From: Eubacteriales bacterium
GTDB taxonomy: Bacteria; Bacillota; Clostridia; Oscillospirales; CAG-272
Direction of reading: 5' to 3'
Length of the DNA: 64,000 nt
Assembly: GCA_045632305.1 (NCBI GenBank)
Contig: JAZQWL010000032.1
Span: 39,393-103,392, forward strand
Part shown: in pieces, positions 52,587 to 61,985 of the stretch
Layout: each line of letters begins with the position of its first letter
Numbering within the stretch: position 1 is the first letter of the stretch
Position numbers and translations under genes: made by a program
The notes under the pieces: model-generated
Databases searched by the model: none
Told to the model about the DNA's origin: nothing
Seen by the model: the letters and a program-made list of their open reading frames with translations, nothing else

Positions 52587-54437
52587 TTACCCCGTGATTC
52601 CAAAGAGCTTGCAAATACGATTATATCCCGAGCTTGATTCCCCCGGAACTCCTGCAAGCTTATGAATATTGCCCTCATTCGTCTTGTAGTAAAGCTTACC
52701 GTTGTATGCAAATATAGTCTTATTAGATATATCGGCAGCCGCACTATAAATATCAGGATTGTCCGACTTTGAAATTTGGCCGTCATATTCAACCTTGTAG
52801 CGCTTTATTTCTCCTCCATCATTCATTTCAAAGATAATATTTCTGCCGTCGTTTTCGTTTCTTTCTCCCGAAGCAAGTTCGAGCCCGCTATAAGTAGCCG
52901 CCGAATATTTCTTATCGAAGGCCGCCTGAGCAGCGTCCTTATTTTCCTTTGACAACCATTTATTTGATTTAATATCTTCCAATTCTTCCAGAGCATCGCT
53001 GCGTGACATTTCAGATCCGTCTTCTCTAAGGAACGTGGCGCTAAACACATCATTATACTTTTCTTTTAACTGCTTAAGCTGTGTTCCTGAAATTCTGCCA
53101 CTAACGTGTGCACGATTAACTTCGCTAATATCGAACTGATCTGTACCCAAAAGCGCGTAAAATACTTGATAGTTCTCTTCCTGCACGGCGCTCTTTCCTG
53201 CCTTGGCCACATCTGTAGCTGCAGATATGATCGATTCTCTTTGATCATAAGTGAGATTAGTGTTTTTCATAAGCGCGTTCAACTCATCAATAGTATAATC
53301 TCCTGACTTAGCATATCCAAGCAAGACATCAAACTCAGCGGTACCCTGACTCGCCTTACTTTCTTCTTTTGCAGAATGAGAAGAATTTATGACTGAGGTT
53401 ATCTGCTCAGGAGTAAGGCCCCTTCCTTCTCCAATGCTGCGAAGCTCTTCGTCGCTGTATTTACCGCTTTTCGCCAATTTAAGCACAGTCTCATACGCTT
53501 CCTGGTTTGCCTTGATATCTTTCTCGCTCTTCGACGTCTCATAAGTGTTTGTAATTTCCGCAATCTGAGTGTCATCAAGCCCCGCTTCTTTCGCCATTCT
53601 CGTAAGAACCTCAGGGCTGTACGTTCCCGAAGCTGCCGCCTCTATAAGCGTCTTATAAGTAATATCCTTGTTCTCTTCAAATTTGAGCATTCCCTCGAGA
53701 TAAGTTGTCTTAGCATCCATAAGCGCGCTGTCTCTTGCTACCTTGGCGTCAAAGATTCCCTTGTTTGCTGTTTCCTTAGCTGTAGCGTTCGCTCTCATCT
53801 CCGCCTCTCTGGCTTCTCTCTTTGCGGTTGCCGCCTGAGCGTTAGCTCCTTGCACCTCGGCTCTCTGTGTTGCATACGCTCTCGAAGTCAGATAATCAGC
53901 GTATCCGGAACCCGAAAGCCCCATGCTTCGCAACGCCTCTGCCTGCTTGCCGTATGTAGCTTTGTTGAAATCGTAGCTTGCCTGCCCGTCAATAACACCG
54001 CGCTGTCGCTCGGTTTCCGCCCTCTGCTCAGCAGCTTCTCTTTCCTTTGCGTTAAAAGATTCTGCATTGTCAAGATATCCGTTCCAGAACCGCTCATAGG
54101 ATTGGTAATTACTATTAATAATTCCCTTCTGTTCATCGTATCCTTCGGTTACGTAATCACCATATGTTTTAGAGGGTTCACTACTGCCGGTTTCACCGCT
54201 ACCAGTTTCACCGGTTTCACTGCCCGATCCCGTGTCGGACCCTCCGGTTAAATCCTCGGAAGAAACCTCTTCAGAAGGGGTTGAGGGTGTTCCAGAGCCC
54301 GCTGACACAAGTATGTCCTTGGGATTGCCCGGTGCAGTTGTCACCGTAGACGCGCCACCAACCACCGAGGCGCTTTCATTCCCATCATAACGATTAATTA
54401 CTACGCCGTCTATTTTTTCTTTTTTCGCTCTTCCCAT
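52587..54437 (-). CDS. Portal-adjacent virion protein with internal about 50-aa repeats (616 aa)
   Basis: One-nt overlap with the portal stop (TAATG). Contains a Gly/Ser/Glu/Thr low-complexity tract and three to four repeats of the A(K/A)SG.Y(S/T)..EL type. Confidence 0.7.
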   Translation of the reverse strand: MGRAKKEKIDGVVINRYDGNESASVVGGASTVTTAPGNPKDILVSAGSGTPSTPSEEVSSEDLTGGSDTGSGSETGETGSGETGSSEPSKTYGDYVTEGYDEQKGIINSNYQSYERFWNGYLDNAESFNAKEREAAEQRAETERQRGVIDGQASYDFNKATYGKQAEALRSMGLSGSGYADYLTSRAYATQRAEVQGANAQAATAKREAREAEMRANATAKETANKGIFDAKVARDSALMDAKTTYLEGMLKFEENKDITYKTLIEAAASGTYSPEVLTRMAKEAGLDDTQIAEITNTYETSKSEKDIKANQEAYETVLKLAKSGKYSDEELRSIGEGRGLTPEQITSVINSSHSAKEESKASQGTAEFDVLLGYAKSGDYTIDELNALMKNTNLTYDQRESIISAATDVAKAGKSAVQEENYQVFYALLGTDQFDISEVNRAHVSGRISGTQLKQLKEKYNDVFSATFLREDGSEMSRSDALEELEDIKSNKWLSKENKDAAQAAFDKKYSAATYSGLELASGERNENDGRNIIFEMNDGGEIKRYKVEYDGQISKSDNPDIYSAAADISNKTIFAYNGKLYYKTNEGNIHKLAGVPGESSSGYNRICKLFGITG

Positions 54438-56443
54438 TATGCTTTACCTCCGTCAATAATGTTCTGCAAGTACGACTCGTACTTCGCACGCTTGTCTATC
54501 TCTCCCTGGAGATATCCTTCATATTCCTGGTGCTTCGAATTCTCCTGCTGAAGAGCCGCAATCTGCTCCTGTTGCTGTTCAAGCTGTTGCTGTCTTCTGA
54601 TCTCTTCACGAAGACGCTCGACGTTGTCACGAGCGAACGGATAATGCGCCCGCTCCATGTTAAGCCAGAAGATAAGCTGTGTCTGCGGCATCTTGGGATC
54701 ACCGTAAGCGCCGCCCGCAAAATTCTGTCTATTCTCCTGCCAGAGCATTTCTCTTGAAGAATCAAGATCGGCAGAAGCATCGCACGAGAACAGGAACTCG
54801 TCGTTATAATAATATTCTCCCGCCTCATCGCGCTCTATGAAATCATAACGATTGAACATAGTGTTTTGCATCGTGCCGAAAGCATCTTTATACGCCGCAG
54901 GGCGCGGCTCGTCCGCATAAGCGAGATAATACTGGAAAATGATCTTATCTATCTCCGCATACGCCGCATTCTTCATCTGGCGCTTTGAATTAAGTCTGCC
55001 CGCTGCCTGCTGGATCTGAAGCTGCTTCGCCTTACCGGATTGCGCCGAGCTGTCATACTGCCCCTGGAAGGACGCAGATATGCCGAGAATTCTCTTCGCC
55101 TGATCATAAAGGCGCTCTGCTTCAGATACGTCCTGCCCCACGTTGACCGCGAGATCGACTCTTCCGTAAAGGTTATATGTGCTCGAATCCGCGCGGAAAA
55201 CCTTTTCAAACAGCGAGTTGTCGAGCTCCATATCGAAATCCTTCGGGACAATAGGGTACACGCCCGAGCTCATTACCTTTTTTATGATCCTGGATTCTAC
55301 CTTGTTTATCGCCTGCTGCTGCGGGCGAATGAACTCGCAATCAGATTGTCCGAGAAGACTGTCCTCTTGAGATGTATTCTTTCGAATAACCACCGGGAAG
55401 ACCGACGGGCGGTAATACGGTAATCGTGTCGGCTCGACCTTCGGTACCTCAATGTCAACCATAAGCGGCACGGGGTAATTATTCACGTCATATTCAAACG
55501 CAGGAGATCCGTCGGCTTCCGTTGCCTGACGTCTCTGCGACTGCATCACTACCTGACCGTCCTCGACAACCTCACTCTCTGCAGGTATGACCGTGCCGTC
55601 TGCAAGGGCAATATCTCGCTCAAGCTCCTCGTAATCCTGGCTCTTAAGCTCGTAGTCGCTGTCTTTGTTTCCCTCACACGTACAAATCTCGCGGCGCTTG
55701 CCGCACTTTTTGCAGACGTAAACCTTTCTTGCGTAGTAATCGTCAATGTCGAGAAGCTCGGTGTCACCGCTCCAGATGTACTGACAGATCTTTCCTTCGT
55801 CATTTTTGTAATAGCACACGTAAAGCGTCGCCGTCTTATCGTCCGCGTTCTCATCGGACTCTGCCTCATCTGCGATCTCAAGCGAAACATTATATTTTCT
55901 TACGATATCCTCTTTAGTTGTCTCAAACTGGATGAAGCAGTACTCCATGTCGGATATTTCGTAAATATTCGGCTGACCCGTAAATCTCGAGGGCGAAAGA
56001 CATGTAACCTTGATGTCACCCACCGAATTATGTGTGACAATGGATTCATCCCACTCTATAAGCCACACACTGCCACCGTAAATGGGTGTGAATCGCTCGT
56101 CCATGTCGTTGTGCTTCTCAAAAGGAAGCTCGTTTCTCTTGTTGCGCAGAAGCGTTTCAATCGCCTTTGCCCCACGCTCGTTCTTCTCACTCCACATCTT
56201 GGGAGAAACGGACGGATTCGGTATGTATCCCGTTACCTGCGACTCAATAAGCTCGTAAGTAACGTTTCTGACGTGGAGAGCTTCCGCTTCCTCGCCGTTT
56301 GCACCGACTATCTTATTGCTTCCCTTGTACTGCTCCATATGCTTGACAAGACTATTATGAAGCTCCTCTGTTGCACTCCTTGCTTCTCTGTACAGATCCT
56401 GGAAGAAGGAAAGCTTACTTGTTCCCTCTGTGTCAATTCTCAT
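54437..56443 (-). CDS. Portal protein
   Basis: 668 aa, ATGA-coupled to terL, with a glutamine-rich C-terminal coiled coil. The call rests on position and size. Confidence 0.75.
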   Translation of the reverse strand: MRIDTEGTSKLSFFQDLYREARSATEELHNSLVKHMEQYKGSNKIVGANGEEAEALHVRNVTYELIESQVTGYIPNPSVSPKMWSEKNERGAKAIETLLRNKRNELPFEKHNDMDERFTPIYGGSVWLIEWDESIVTHNSVGDIKVTCLSPSRFTGQPNIYEISDMEYCFIQFETTKEDIVRKYNVSLEIADEAESDENADDKTATLYVCYYKNDEGKICQYIWSGDTELLDIDDYYARKVYVCKKCGKRREICTCEGNKDSDYELKSQDYEELERDIALADGTVIPAESEVVEDGQVVMQSQRRQATEADGSPAFEYDVNNYPVPLMVDIEVPKVEPTRLPYYRPSVFPVVIRKNTSQEDSLLGQSDCEFIRPQQQAINKVESRIIKKVMSSGVYPIVPKDFDMELDNSLFEKVFRADSSTYNLYGRVDLAVNVGQDVSEAERLYDQAKRILGISASFQGQYDSSAQSGKAKQLQIQQAAGRLNSKRQMKNAAYAEIDKIIFQYYLAYADEPRPAAYKDAFGTMQNTMFNRYDFIERDEAGEYYYNDEFLFSCDASADLDSSREMLWQENRQNFAGGAYGDPKMPQTQLIFWLNMERAHYPFARDNVERLREEIRRQQQLEQQQEQIAALQQENSKHQEYEGYLQGEIDKRAKYESYLQNIIDGGKA

Positions 56444-57972
56444 AATTCTGGTTCTCCGTATCTTTTTATCATTTCTTGCCGTTCTCTCTCGCTTGCGTGC
56501 CTATAGTCCTCAAGCAGATCGGGACGGTATTTTACCTTTTTCTTTTTCGGCTCCTCGGGAGGATGCGTCCAATAAATAGCGAAATATCGCAATGCGTCGG
56601 GCGCATGCGTCAGCTCATGAGGATCCTTTTTACAATCGTCGGGACGCCGCTCATCCACAAGAAGCTGAGGAAGCGTCCTAATTAAATGCTTGCACGTGCG
56701 GAATATCTTCAACCGCGCAAAGTCCGTTCCGTCAGGTGCTCTGCGCTTCTTCAGTAATTCCTTAATAGCCAGCCAACCTGCCGCACGGTCGTTGTTCGAC
56801 TTCACAAGATCCAGACCGTTTTCGTAGAATAAAAGCGCCCTGCTCTTTCCGGACTCCAGGGAAGAGTTCCACATATCGGGAGGAGCGAGTCTCACTCTCG
56901 GAGGATACCAGGCGGAAACCCGCTGATCATCTCCCTCACACAGCTCCGCTTCCTTTACCCTTGCCGCGGCGTCTGATATGATAAGCCCACTTTCATATAT
57001 CTCATGAAATACGTAAGCGACGTTCTCGTTGTCAATAGCGACCTTGTAATGCGCAAACATATCAAGACCGTAGTCCATAGTGTTATAGACCGTCCAATCC
57101 TTCGGGATTGGAAACGGATCGCAGGTGTGCAAATTATAGTCAAACTCCGAAAAATAGCTTCCACCAAGCGCGGAAAGCGCCTCTTCGGCTGTTCTCGGAT
57201 ACTCCTGCTTGACCTTTACGCCGAGATCTCTCGCAGTTCTCTCGTACCATTCCATATCTCTTCTCGGGTCCGTAAATACCGATAGGAATATCTTGTGAAA
57301 GTCGTTCACTTCAAGCCACAAACGCTCGAACAGTGTTCCCTTCATGATCGTTGACAATCCGATAACCTTACCGCCAGTAGGACGGTTAATGGTAGGATAT
57401 GCCGACGTCCATATTTCCTCGGCGTATTGCTGGAACGCCCACTCGTCAAGTAGTACGATATTACCCGTGAATGAACGGCCCGCAGAGGGCGACGCCGGGA
57501 ACGCCTTAAATACTGAAATTTTGCGCTTATCACGACCGTAAATGTATATCGCGGAGGTTGTCGACTCCCACGCGATTCCACCGCCCGCCAACAGCTCAGG
57601 CATGTTCTCAAGAACTACCGATACGCGTCGGACAAGCTCCTTGGCATCCTCTTCCGTCTTCGATATCGCAACGACCGTGTGTCCGAGATTGAATATAAGA
57701 TCGTGCGTGCAAAAATACAGCGCGATCCACGTAATTCCAAGCTGACGTGCCTTCAATATCAAATTGAGTCTGAATGTGCCGAAATCAAGTAGCGCCTGGT
57801 TCTGCGCGGGCCAGCCGTGAAACGGTATAATGATCTCAGGAGAGTCCTTATCCTCGATAACGCAATAGTTATTTGCCCAATAGACGATATCTCCGCGGCA
57901 ATACTCGAATTCGGCCTCTCGGATACTCTGAAGATAGCTGCCAAGATCGGGCCCCTTATCCTTCTTCGCCAT
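56440..57972 (-). CDS. terL: Terminase large subunit
   Basis: Walker-B-like IVLLDEWAF and a C-terminal RNaseH-like nuclease region. The start at 57972 follows GGAGGGAG. Confidence 0.85.
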   Translation of the reverse strand: MAKKDKGPDLGSYLQSIREAEFEYCRGDIVYWANNYCVIEDKDSPEIIIPFHGWPAQNQALLDFGTFRLNLILKARQLGITWIALYFCTHDLIFNLGHTVVAISKTEEDAKELVRRVSVVLENMPELLAGGGIAWESTTSAIYIYGRDKRKISVFKAFPASPSAGRSFTGNIVLLDEWAFQQYAEEIWTSAYPTINRPTGGKVIGLSTIMKGTLFERLWLEVNDFHKIFLSVFTDPRRDMEWYERTARDLGVKVKQEYPRTAEEALSALGGSYFSEFDYNLHTCDPFPIPKDWTVYNTMDYGLDMFAHYKVAIDNENVAYVFHEIYESGLIISDAAARVKEAELCEGDDQRVSAWYPPRVRLAPPDMWNSSLESGKSRALLFYENGLDLVKSNNDRAAGWLAIKELLKKRRAPDGTDFARLKIFRTCKHLIRTLPQLLVDERRPDDCKKDPHELTHAPDALRYFAIYWTHPPEEPKKKKVKYRPDLLEDYRHASERERQEMIKRYGEPEL

Positions 57973-58669
57973 TATCTCCCTCCGCAGATACCGCGGCAAT
58001 GCGTGCGCCAACTCTCTTTATAAGCGCGAGATCTCGCTCTGATATGCCACTGACGTTTGATTCAATGACCTGTCGCTCCTCCTTGCCGTAATCGTTAGTA
58101 AGCACGAATTTTGCCATATTTGCGTTAAGCTTGCCGGAGAGCGCGCCCGCCTCCATAAGACCGCCCGCCCATTCCTTGGCCCTCTGATATGCCTTGGCAA
58201 AGCGCTCGTGCTTATATTTTCCGTCCTCGGTTACTCCTGCCCACGTCTTCAGCGCCGAAACCGATACACCGATAGACATAGCAAACGTTCCCATCGTCGG
58301 AAATTCTCCCATGATCTCTATCGGAGTCTCCGATATAAGATTGCCGTCCTTATCAAATTCTCTGCGATATTCCACCTTCGTTAATGGCCGTGAAAAGAAC
58401 GCTATCAGATCATCGGCATATTTATCCTGGTATTTGTCCGAAAAATCATTCCCCTTCGCAAACGTTCCGTCGGGATTTCTCTTGCGATCGGATGCCGCAT
58501 TCTTCTTTTTTTCACCGCACTTGACGCCCGAATTTTCACCTTTTACGGCGCTTGATTTCTTTGTGGAGGAATTCTTCTCCTTCGGCGCTTTTAAGCTCTC
58601 ACGGGCATTCTCGCCGCCCTCCTGCGCATTCTGCGCGGCATTTTTAATATCTGTTTCCTTGTTGATCAT
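57956..58669 (-). CDS. terS: Terminase small subunit
   Basis: Lys/Ser-rich N-terminal tail, then an HTH-like TMGTFAMSIGVSVSALKTWAG and KFVLTNDYG. It overlaps terL by 17 nt. Confidence 0.7.
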   Translation of the reverse strand: MINKETDIKNAAQNAQEGGENARESLKAPKEKNSSTKKSSAVKGENSGVKCGEKKKNAASDRKRNPDGTFAKGNDFSDKYQDKYADDLIAFFSRPLTKVEYRREFDKDGNLISETPIEIMGEFPTMGTFAMSIGVSVSALKTWAGVTEDGKYKHERFAKAYQRAKEWAGGLMEAGALSGKLNANMAKFVLTNDYGKEERQVIESNVSGISERDLALIKRVGARIAAVSAEGDNGEEG

Positions 58670-58693
58670 ATTGACTCCTTTTTCTCTCCGTTT

Positions 58694-58741
58694 AAAAACA
58701 AAAAGGAGCCATATCGTCCCGCTCTTGGAACGTTATGGCTC
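58694..58741 (-). terminator. Intrinsic-terminator-like hairpin about 16 nt upstream of the terS RBS
   Basis: Stem GAGCCATA/TATGGCTC (58706-58713 / 58734-58741) with additional inner pairing; in the minus sense it is followed by CTTTTTGTTTTT. Confidence 0.6.
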
Positions 58742-58808
58742 TCACCTCTGTGGGTATATGGCACTTTATTATGTATATTTTTAACCAGGCGGCCTGCCTG
58801 CTATTTTT

Positions 58809-58817
58809 ATAATATCA
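58809..58817 (-). promoter_or_regulatory. Extended -10 element (TGATATTAT), candidate late promoter
   Basis: The minus strand reads gTGaTATTAT. It lies in the only long non-coding gap (58670-58978) of the phage region. Confidence 0.35.
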
Positions 58818-58978
58818 CAAACAAACCGCCGTTTTGTCACAACTTATTTAAAAATTCCACGTTTTCGCGCGCGTGTGCCCGCGCCCGCGTATATCGAAGC
58901 CAATTCGGTTATCGGCTTACTATAGAATAGGCACCGCTCTGACTTGATATTTATTTATGTAACCGCTCTTCTCATGAG

Positions 58979-59335
58979 CTATATAAGTGATAACCGCTCG
59001 GCAATATCATAGAGAAATTTTCTCTTTCGCATGTAGTATGCATTTTTTGATATCATTACCATCGCGGGAGAATGCTCGTATCCGCGCTTTTCACAAATAT
59101 CCTCAAGCACGATCTTGCGAAGTACCTCCTCAATCGGTTCAAGCGCCTCGTCAACTATCCTGTTAAGCTTCCTGCATGTCTGAAGCGCCGCAAGCTCATA
59201 TATCTCACTGCACTCCTTCCGCTCGAGATTTTTCATAACCGCCGCTCTGCGCGGATAGTCCGCACACACCGCTCTCACCACGTCAACGACCGTACGCGGC
59301 AGCTCATACGCCTGATATATCTTCGTTTTCGGCAT
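58979..59335 (-). CDS. Late-gene transcriptional regulator candidate (RinA/ArpU/sigma-region-4-like)
   Basis: 118 aa, the last gene before the terS gap. The C-terminal HTH-like segment ISKNAYYMRKRKFLYDIAERLSL resembles sigma70 region 4 and RinA-type activators. Confidence 0.5.
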   Translation of the reverse strand: MPKTKIYQAYELPRTVVDVVRAVCADYPRRAAVMKNLERKECSEIYELAALQTCRKLNRIVDEALEPIEEVLRKIVLEDICEKRGYEHSPAMVMISKNAYYMRKRKFLYDIAERLSLI

Positions 59336-59645
59336 TTTTCTTAACCTCCTTAAATCTGTCCTTGCTTGCGCAAACGTTATAATCCAGTACCATTGACACG
59401 AGAATCGGCTCTCTGCGCATCAACTTCTCGATAAGTGTTTTTCTGAGCTCATTTAACCTCTCTCCCTCTGCAGGATGTCTGTTGCGCTCGAAATCAATAT
59501 TAGATCCGTCCGATACGTAGAACGTCGGCTTCTTTATAATTCCCCTCGGCGTATTGACATACATACATTCAATGCATATCGGTGTGCTGCGGTTCGAGCA
59601 TTCCTTACAGCTGTATGTCTTAATCTCCGCTCTGTCGTCGCTCAT
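59304..59645 (-). CDS. Small Cys-rich phage protein
   Basis: SD GGAGGAAAAG; the motif is CKECSNRSTPICIEC. Confidence 0.55.
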   Translation of the reverse strand: MSDDRAEIKTYSCKECSNRSTPICIECMYVNTPRGIIKKPTFYVSDGSNIDFERNRHPAEGERLNELRKTLIEKLMRREPILVSMVLDYNVCASKDRFKEVKKNAENEDISGV

Positions 59646-60105
59646 TTAACTTTTCCTCCATATACTTCTTTTTGATAAATTGCAAGTATTCTTTTATGTC
59701 CTCGATGGCTTTTTTCCTGTGACGGAACTCCTCTACGCCATTAAGTCCAAATGCACCGCTCGCCCTGATCTCAACCTCCTGCGCCCAAATAGAAGTATCA
59801 AGCATCCGTTCGATGTCTTTGAATATCTCCTTCACCAGCTCATCGTTTACTTCATTGTAATGCATCTTGTAAGAATCAACGGTGCCGCTCATAGTGCCTA
59901 AAGCAAACTTAAGAGCATGAATTTCAGACTTTGCCTCGGCAATCTCGCGCACATACCCCATCACAACACTCGTCGACTCGACATCAGCTGTAGGAGCATT
60001 TTTAATACATCTTATTATTTCCTTCTTCGAAAACCTTCCTCGGTTGCAAATAGCATCAAGCTCAATCGCTCGAATCAGATCGTCTGCGTCAATATATCGT
60101 GGCAT
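59620..60105 (-). CDS. Hypothetical phage protein (161 aa)
   Basis: SD AAGGAGAG; the N-terminus is MPRYIDADDLI. Confidence 0.55.
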   Translation of the reverse strand: MPRYIDADDLIRAIELDAICNRGRFSKKEIIRCIKNAPTADVESTSVVMGYVREIAEAKSEIHALKFALGTMSGTVDSYKMHYNEVNDELVKEIFKDIERMLDTSIWAQEVEIRASGAFGLNGVEEFRHRKKAIEDIKEYLQFIKKKYMEEKLNERRQSGD

Positions 60106-60117
60106 ATCGCTCTCCTT

Positions 60118-60471
60118 TCAAACTCCCGAATAAGCCGGCTTCAACGCTTGCCCGCAATACTTGCAAAAATTCGGCTGTTCTTTTACTGTAAGTTCCTTTT
60201 TTCCAAAAAGCCCTTTTATCTCAACCTTAACCCAAAGAGATTTATCACAACTCGGGCAAAGCATTCCTCTTTTCCAGTTATACGAAGGGTGCTTCGGCGC
60301 CGCCTTGTTTTCCTCATCTCCAACATTCTCAATCCTGACGGCCTTCAAGTCGATTTGATTACGGTAGCCGTCTATTTCTTCCTCAAGTGCGGCAATTTGT
60401 GCCGTCGGATCGGTTATTCCCGCTCTTCGAAGACGATCAACCGCTTTTGTATAAAAATAATTTGTTTTCAT
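60118..60471 (-). CDS. Zinc-ribbon phage protein (117 aa)
   Basis: N-terminal coil followed by the CPSC...CKYC pairs. Confidence 0.55.
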   Translation of the reverse strand: MKTNYFYTKAVDRLRRAGITDPTAQIAALEEEIDGYRNQIDLKAVRIENVGDEENKAAPKHPSYNWKRGMLCPSCDKSLWVKVEIKGLFGKKELTVKEQPNFCKYCGQALKPAYSGV

Positions 60472-60701
60472 TTATCCATCTCCATCACTGTAGCAATAAT
60501 CTTTTCAATCGTTTTTGGCGTTCCATATATTGTATTTCCGATTAAAAGCAATTTTCCATGATCCGGGACGTTTTTATAGCCGTACCGCTTACGCCACTTT
60601 TTATTTATTCTTCTCTTGCGGTGAGATCTTCTCTGAACCTTTTTTGTAATTAAATCCGACCCGCAGAGGACATATCCCATATAAGTTCCGTAATATTCCA
60701 T
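60468..60701 (-). CDS. Small, very basic phage protein
   Basis: Contains KKVQRRSHRKRRINKKWRKRYGYK. The start is uncertain (ATG at 60701 or 60722). Confidence 0.4.
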   Translation of the reverse strand: MEYYGTYMGYVLCGSDLITKKVQRRSHRKRRINKKWRKRYGYKNVPDHGKLLLIGNTIYGTPKTIEKIIATVMEMDK

Positions 60702-60702
60702 C

Positions 60703-61230
60703 TTAATGCTCGCCGTCCCCATACTTCTCGTAATCTTGCAACATAATTTCCGCAACGCGTTTTCTCGACACTCCATTTACCGGTGTTTTAATTTGGGAAA
60801 AACAAGATTTTCTAAAATCATAGCTATTATCTTTGAACGCTTGAAAACAAAATATGCAATACCTCATGTCGTCCTTATATTTGTGGTCAATACACTCAGC
60901 TTCTTGCATCATTTTATCGAAGCTATCGAACTTATACGTATCATAGAGCATATCCCCGCATAGTACGCCCATACGATAGAAGAATCCTTTAGAGCAAATT
61001 AGTTCCTCAACACTCTTAAGTTTCATTTTTCTCTCCCCAAGTTGTTTTTTTATTTCCGCGTCCACCTCTCCGAACATATAAGTATAGGAGAATTTGACAT
61101 CGAACGGCTTGCCGCACTTGATGCAGTAATTTTTCAACCGAACCGTATCCGTGTTGTGATTGATCTCAACAATATCGAGATTCTTATCCGCGTATTTGTG
61201 TCTGCAAAATAACTGTTTGATTTTGCTCAT
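60703..61230 (-). CDS. Cys-rich phage protein (175 aa)
   Basis: Start MSKIKQLFC follows GAGGGTGA. ATGA overlap with the upstream ORF. Contains CRHK...CIKCGK and further Cys pairs. Confidence 0.55.
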   Translation of the reverse strand: MSKIKQLFCRHKYADKNLDIVEINHNTDTVRLKNYCIKCGKPFDVKFSYTYMFGEVDAEIKKQLGERKMKLKSVEELICSKGFFYRMGVLCGDMLYDTYKFDSFDKMMQEAECIDHKYKDDMRYCIFCFQAFKDNSYDFRKSCFSQIKTPVNGVSRKRVAEIMLQDYEKYGDGEH

Positions 61231-61445
61231 CTCTTCACCCTCTCTCTTGGATTGACCGCAAGCACTAATATCCTGCTGCCGTGCGCGCAAACGCTTTCTA
61301 TATGCATTTTGTTAATAGGATTATCGCGCGAGATCCCTTTTACAGGGCCCTCGTAAATTGTCATTTTGTCGACCGGCGCCTCGTAATCGTCAATTACAAT
61401 TACGTCATCCTTGTCCATTACATGAATTAACTGCGATACTTTCAT
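61227..61445 (-). CDS. Hypothetical phage protein (72 aa)
   Basis: Tightly packed within the gene array; no recognisable motif. Confidence 0.45.
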   Translation of the reverse strand: MKVSQLIHVMDKDDVIVIDDYEAPVDKMTIYEGPVKGISRDNPINKMHIESVCAHGSRILVLAVNPRERVKR

Positions 61446-61458
61446 ATGTAACCGCTCC

Positions 61459-61671
61459 TCACTTTCTTTTTCTTTTCATATTCCAAATAGATATCAGCTT
61501 AACCACAAGAAGGATCACCGGCACCCAGAACGGCGACATCGCCAATATCCAGCTTATCTCGATAACCTCAAAGATCTTGAGAAACACGAGCACAATCCCC
61601 AGGATCTCGCAGGAAATCAGTATTCCAAAATTTCCACTATTCTTCATGTGCACCGTCACCTTCATCGTCAT
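61459..61671 (-). CDS. Small two-TM phage membrane protein
   Basis: 70 aa with two hydrophobic helices and a KRKRK tail. Confidence 0.45.
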   Translation of the reverse strand: MTMKVTVHMKNSGNFGILISCEILGIVLVFLKIFEVIEISWILAMSPFWVPVILLVVKLISIWNMKRKRK

Positions 61672-61819
61672 TTTTATCCTTGTTTTCCAAATGTTTTAAA
61701 ATCTTAAAAAGAAGAAAACTAATATCATTATTGTATTCCAAATGTTTTAAAATCTTACAAAGATAAAAACCAATAAATGCAAGTTGTAATGAAATACAGC
61801 CCAGTACAAATATTAGCAT
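61637..61819 (-). CDS. Small TM phage protein with an internal 17-codon duplication
   Basis: MLIFVLGCISLQLAFIGFYL is a TM helix, followed by KILKHLE twice, encoded by the 22-nt direct repeats at 61685-61706 and 61736-61757. Confidence 0.4.
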   Translation of the reverse strand: MLIFVLGCISLQLAFIGFYLCKILKHLEYNNDISFLLFKILKHLENKDKNDDEGDGAHEE

Positions 61820-61983
61820 TTCGCACCGCCTTCCCACAATACACCGTCTATGAATTTTCTGCCGCACTTTTCGCACTTGACACATACCGCCCCGTAACTA
61901 TCATCGTTACAACAGTTTTTTGAAGGTTCATAATCAACGAATGTGTTTGGATATCGTCTTGGAAATTTAAGTATTTCTGCCAT
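61813..61983 (-). CDS. Small Cys-rich phage protein (56 aa)
   Basis: MAEILKFP...CCNDDSYGAVCVKCEKCGRKF. Confidence 0.45.
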   Translation of the reverse strand: MAEILKFPRRYPNTFVDYEPSKNCCNDDSYGAVCVKCEKCGRKFIDGVLWEGGAKC

Positions 61984-61985
61984 TC

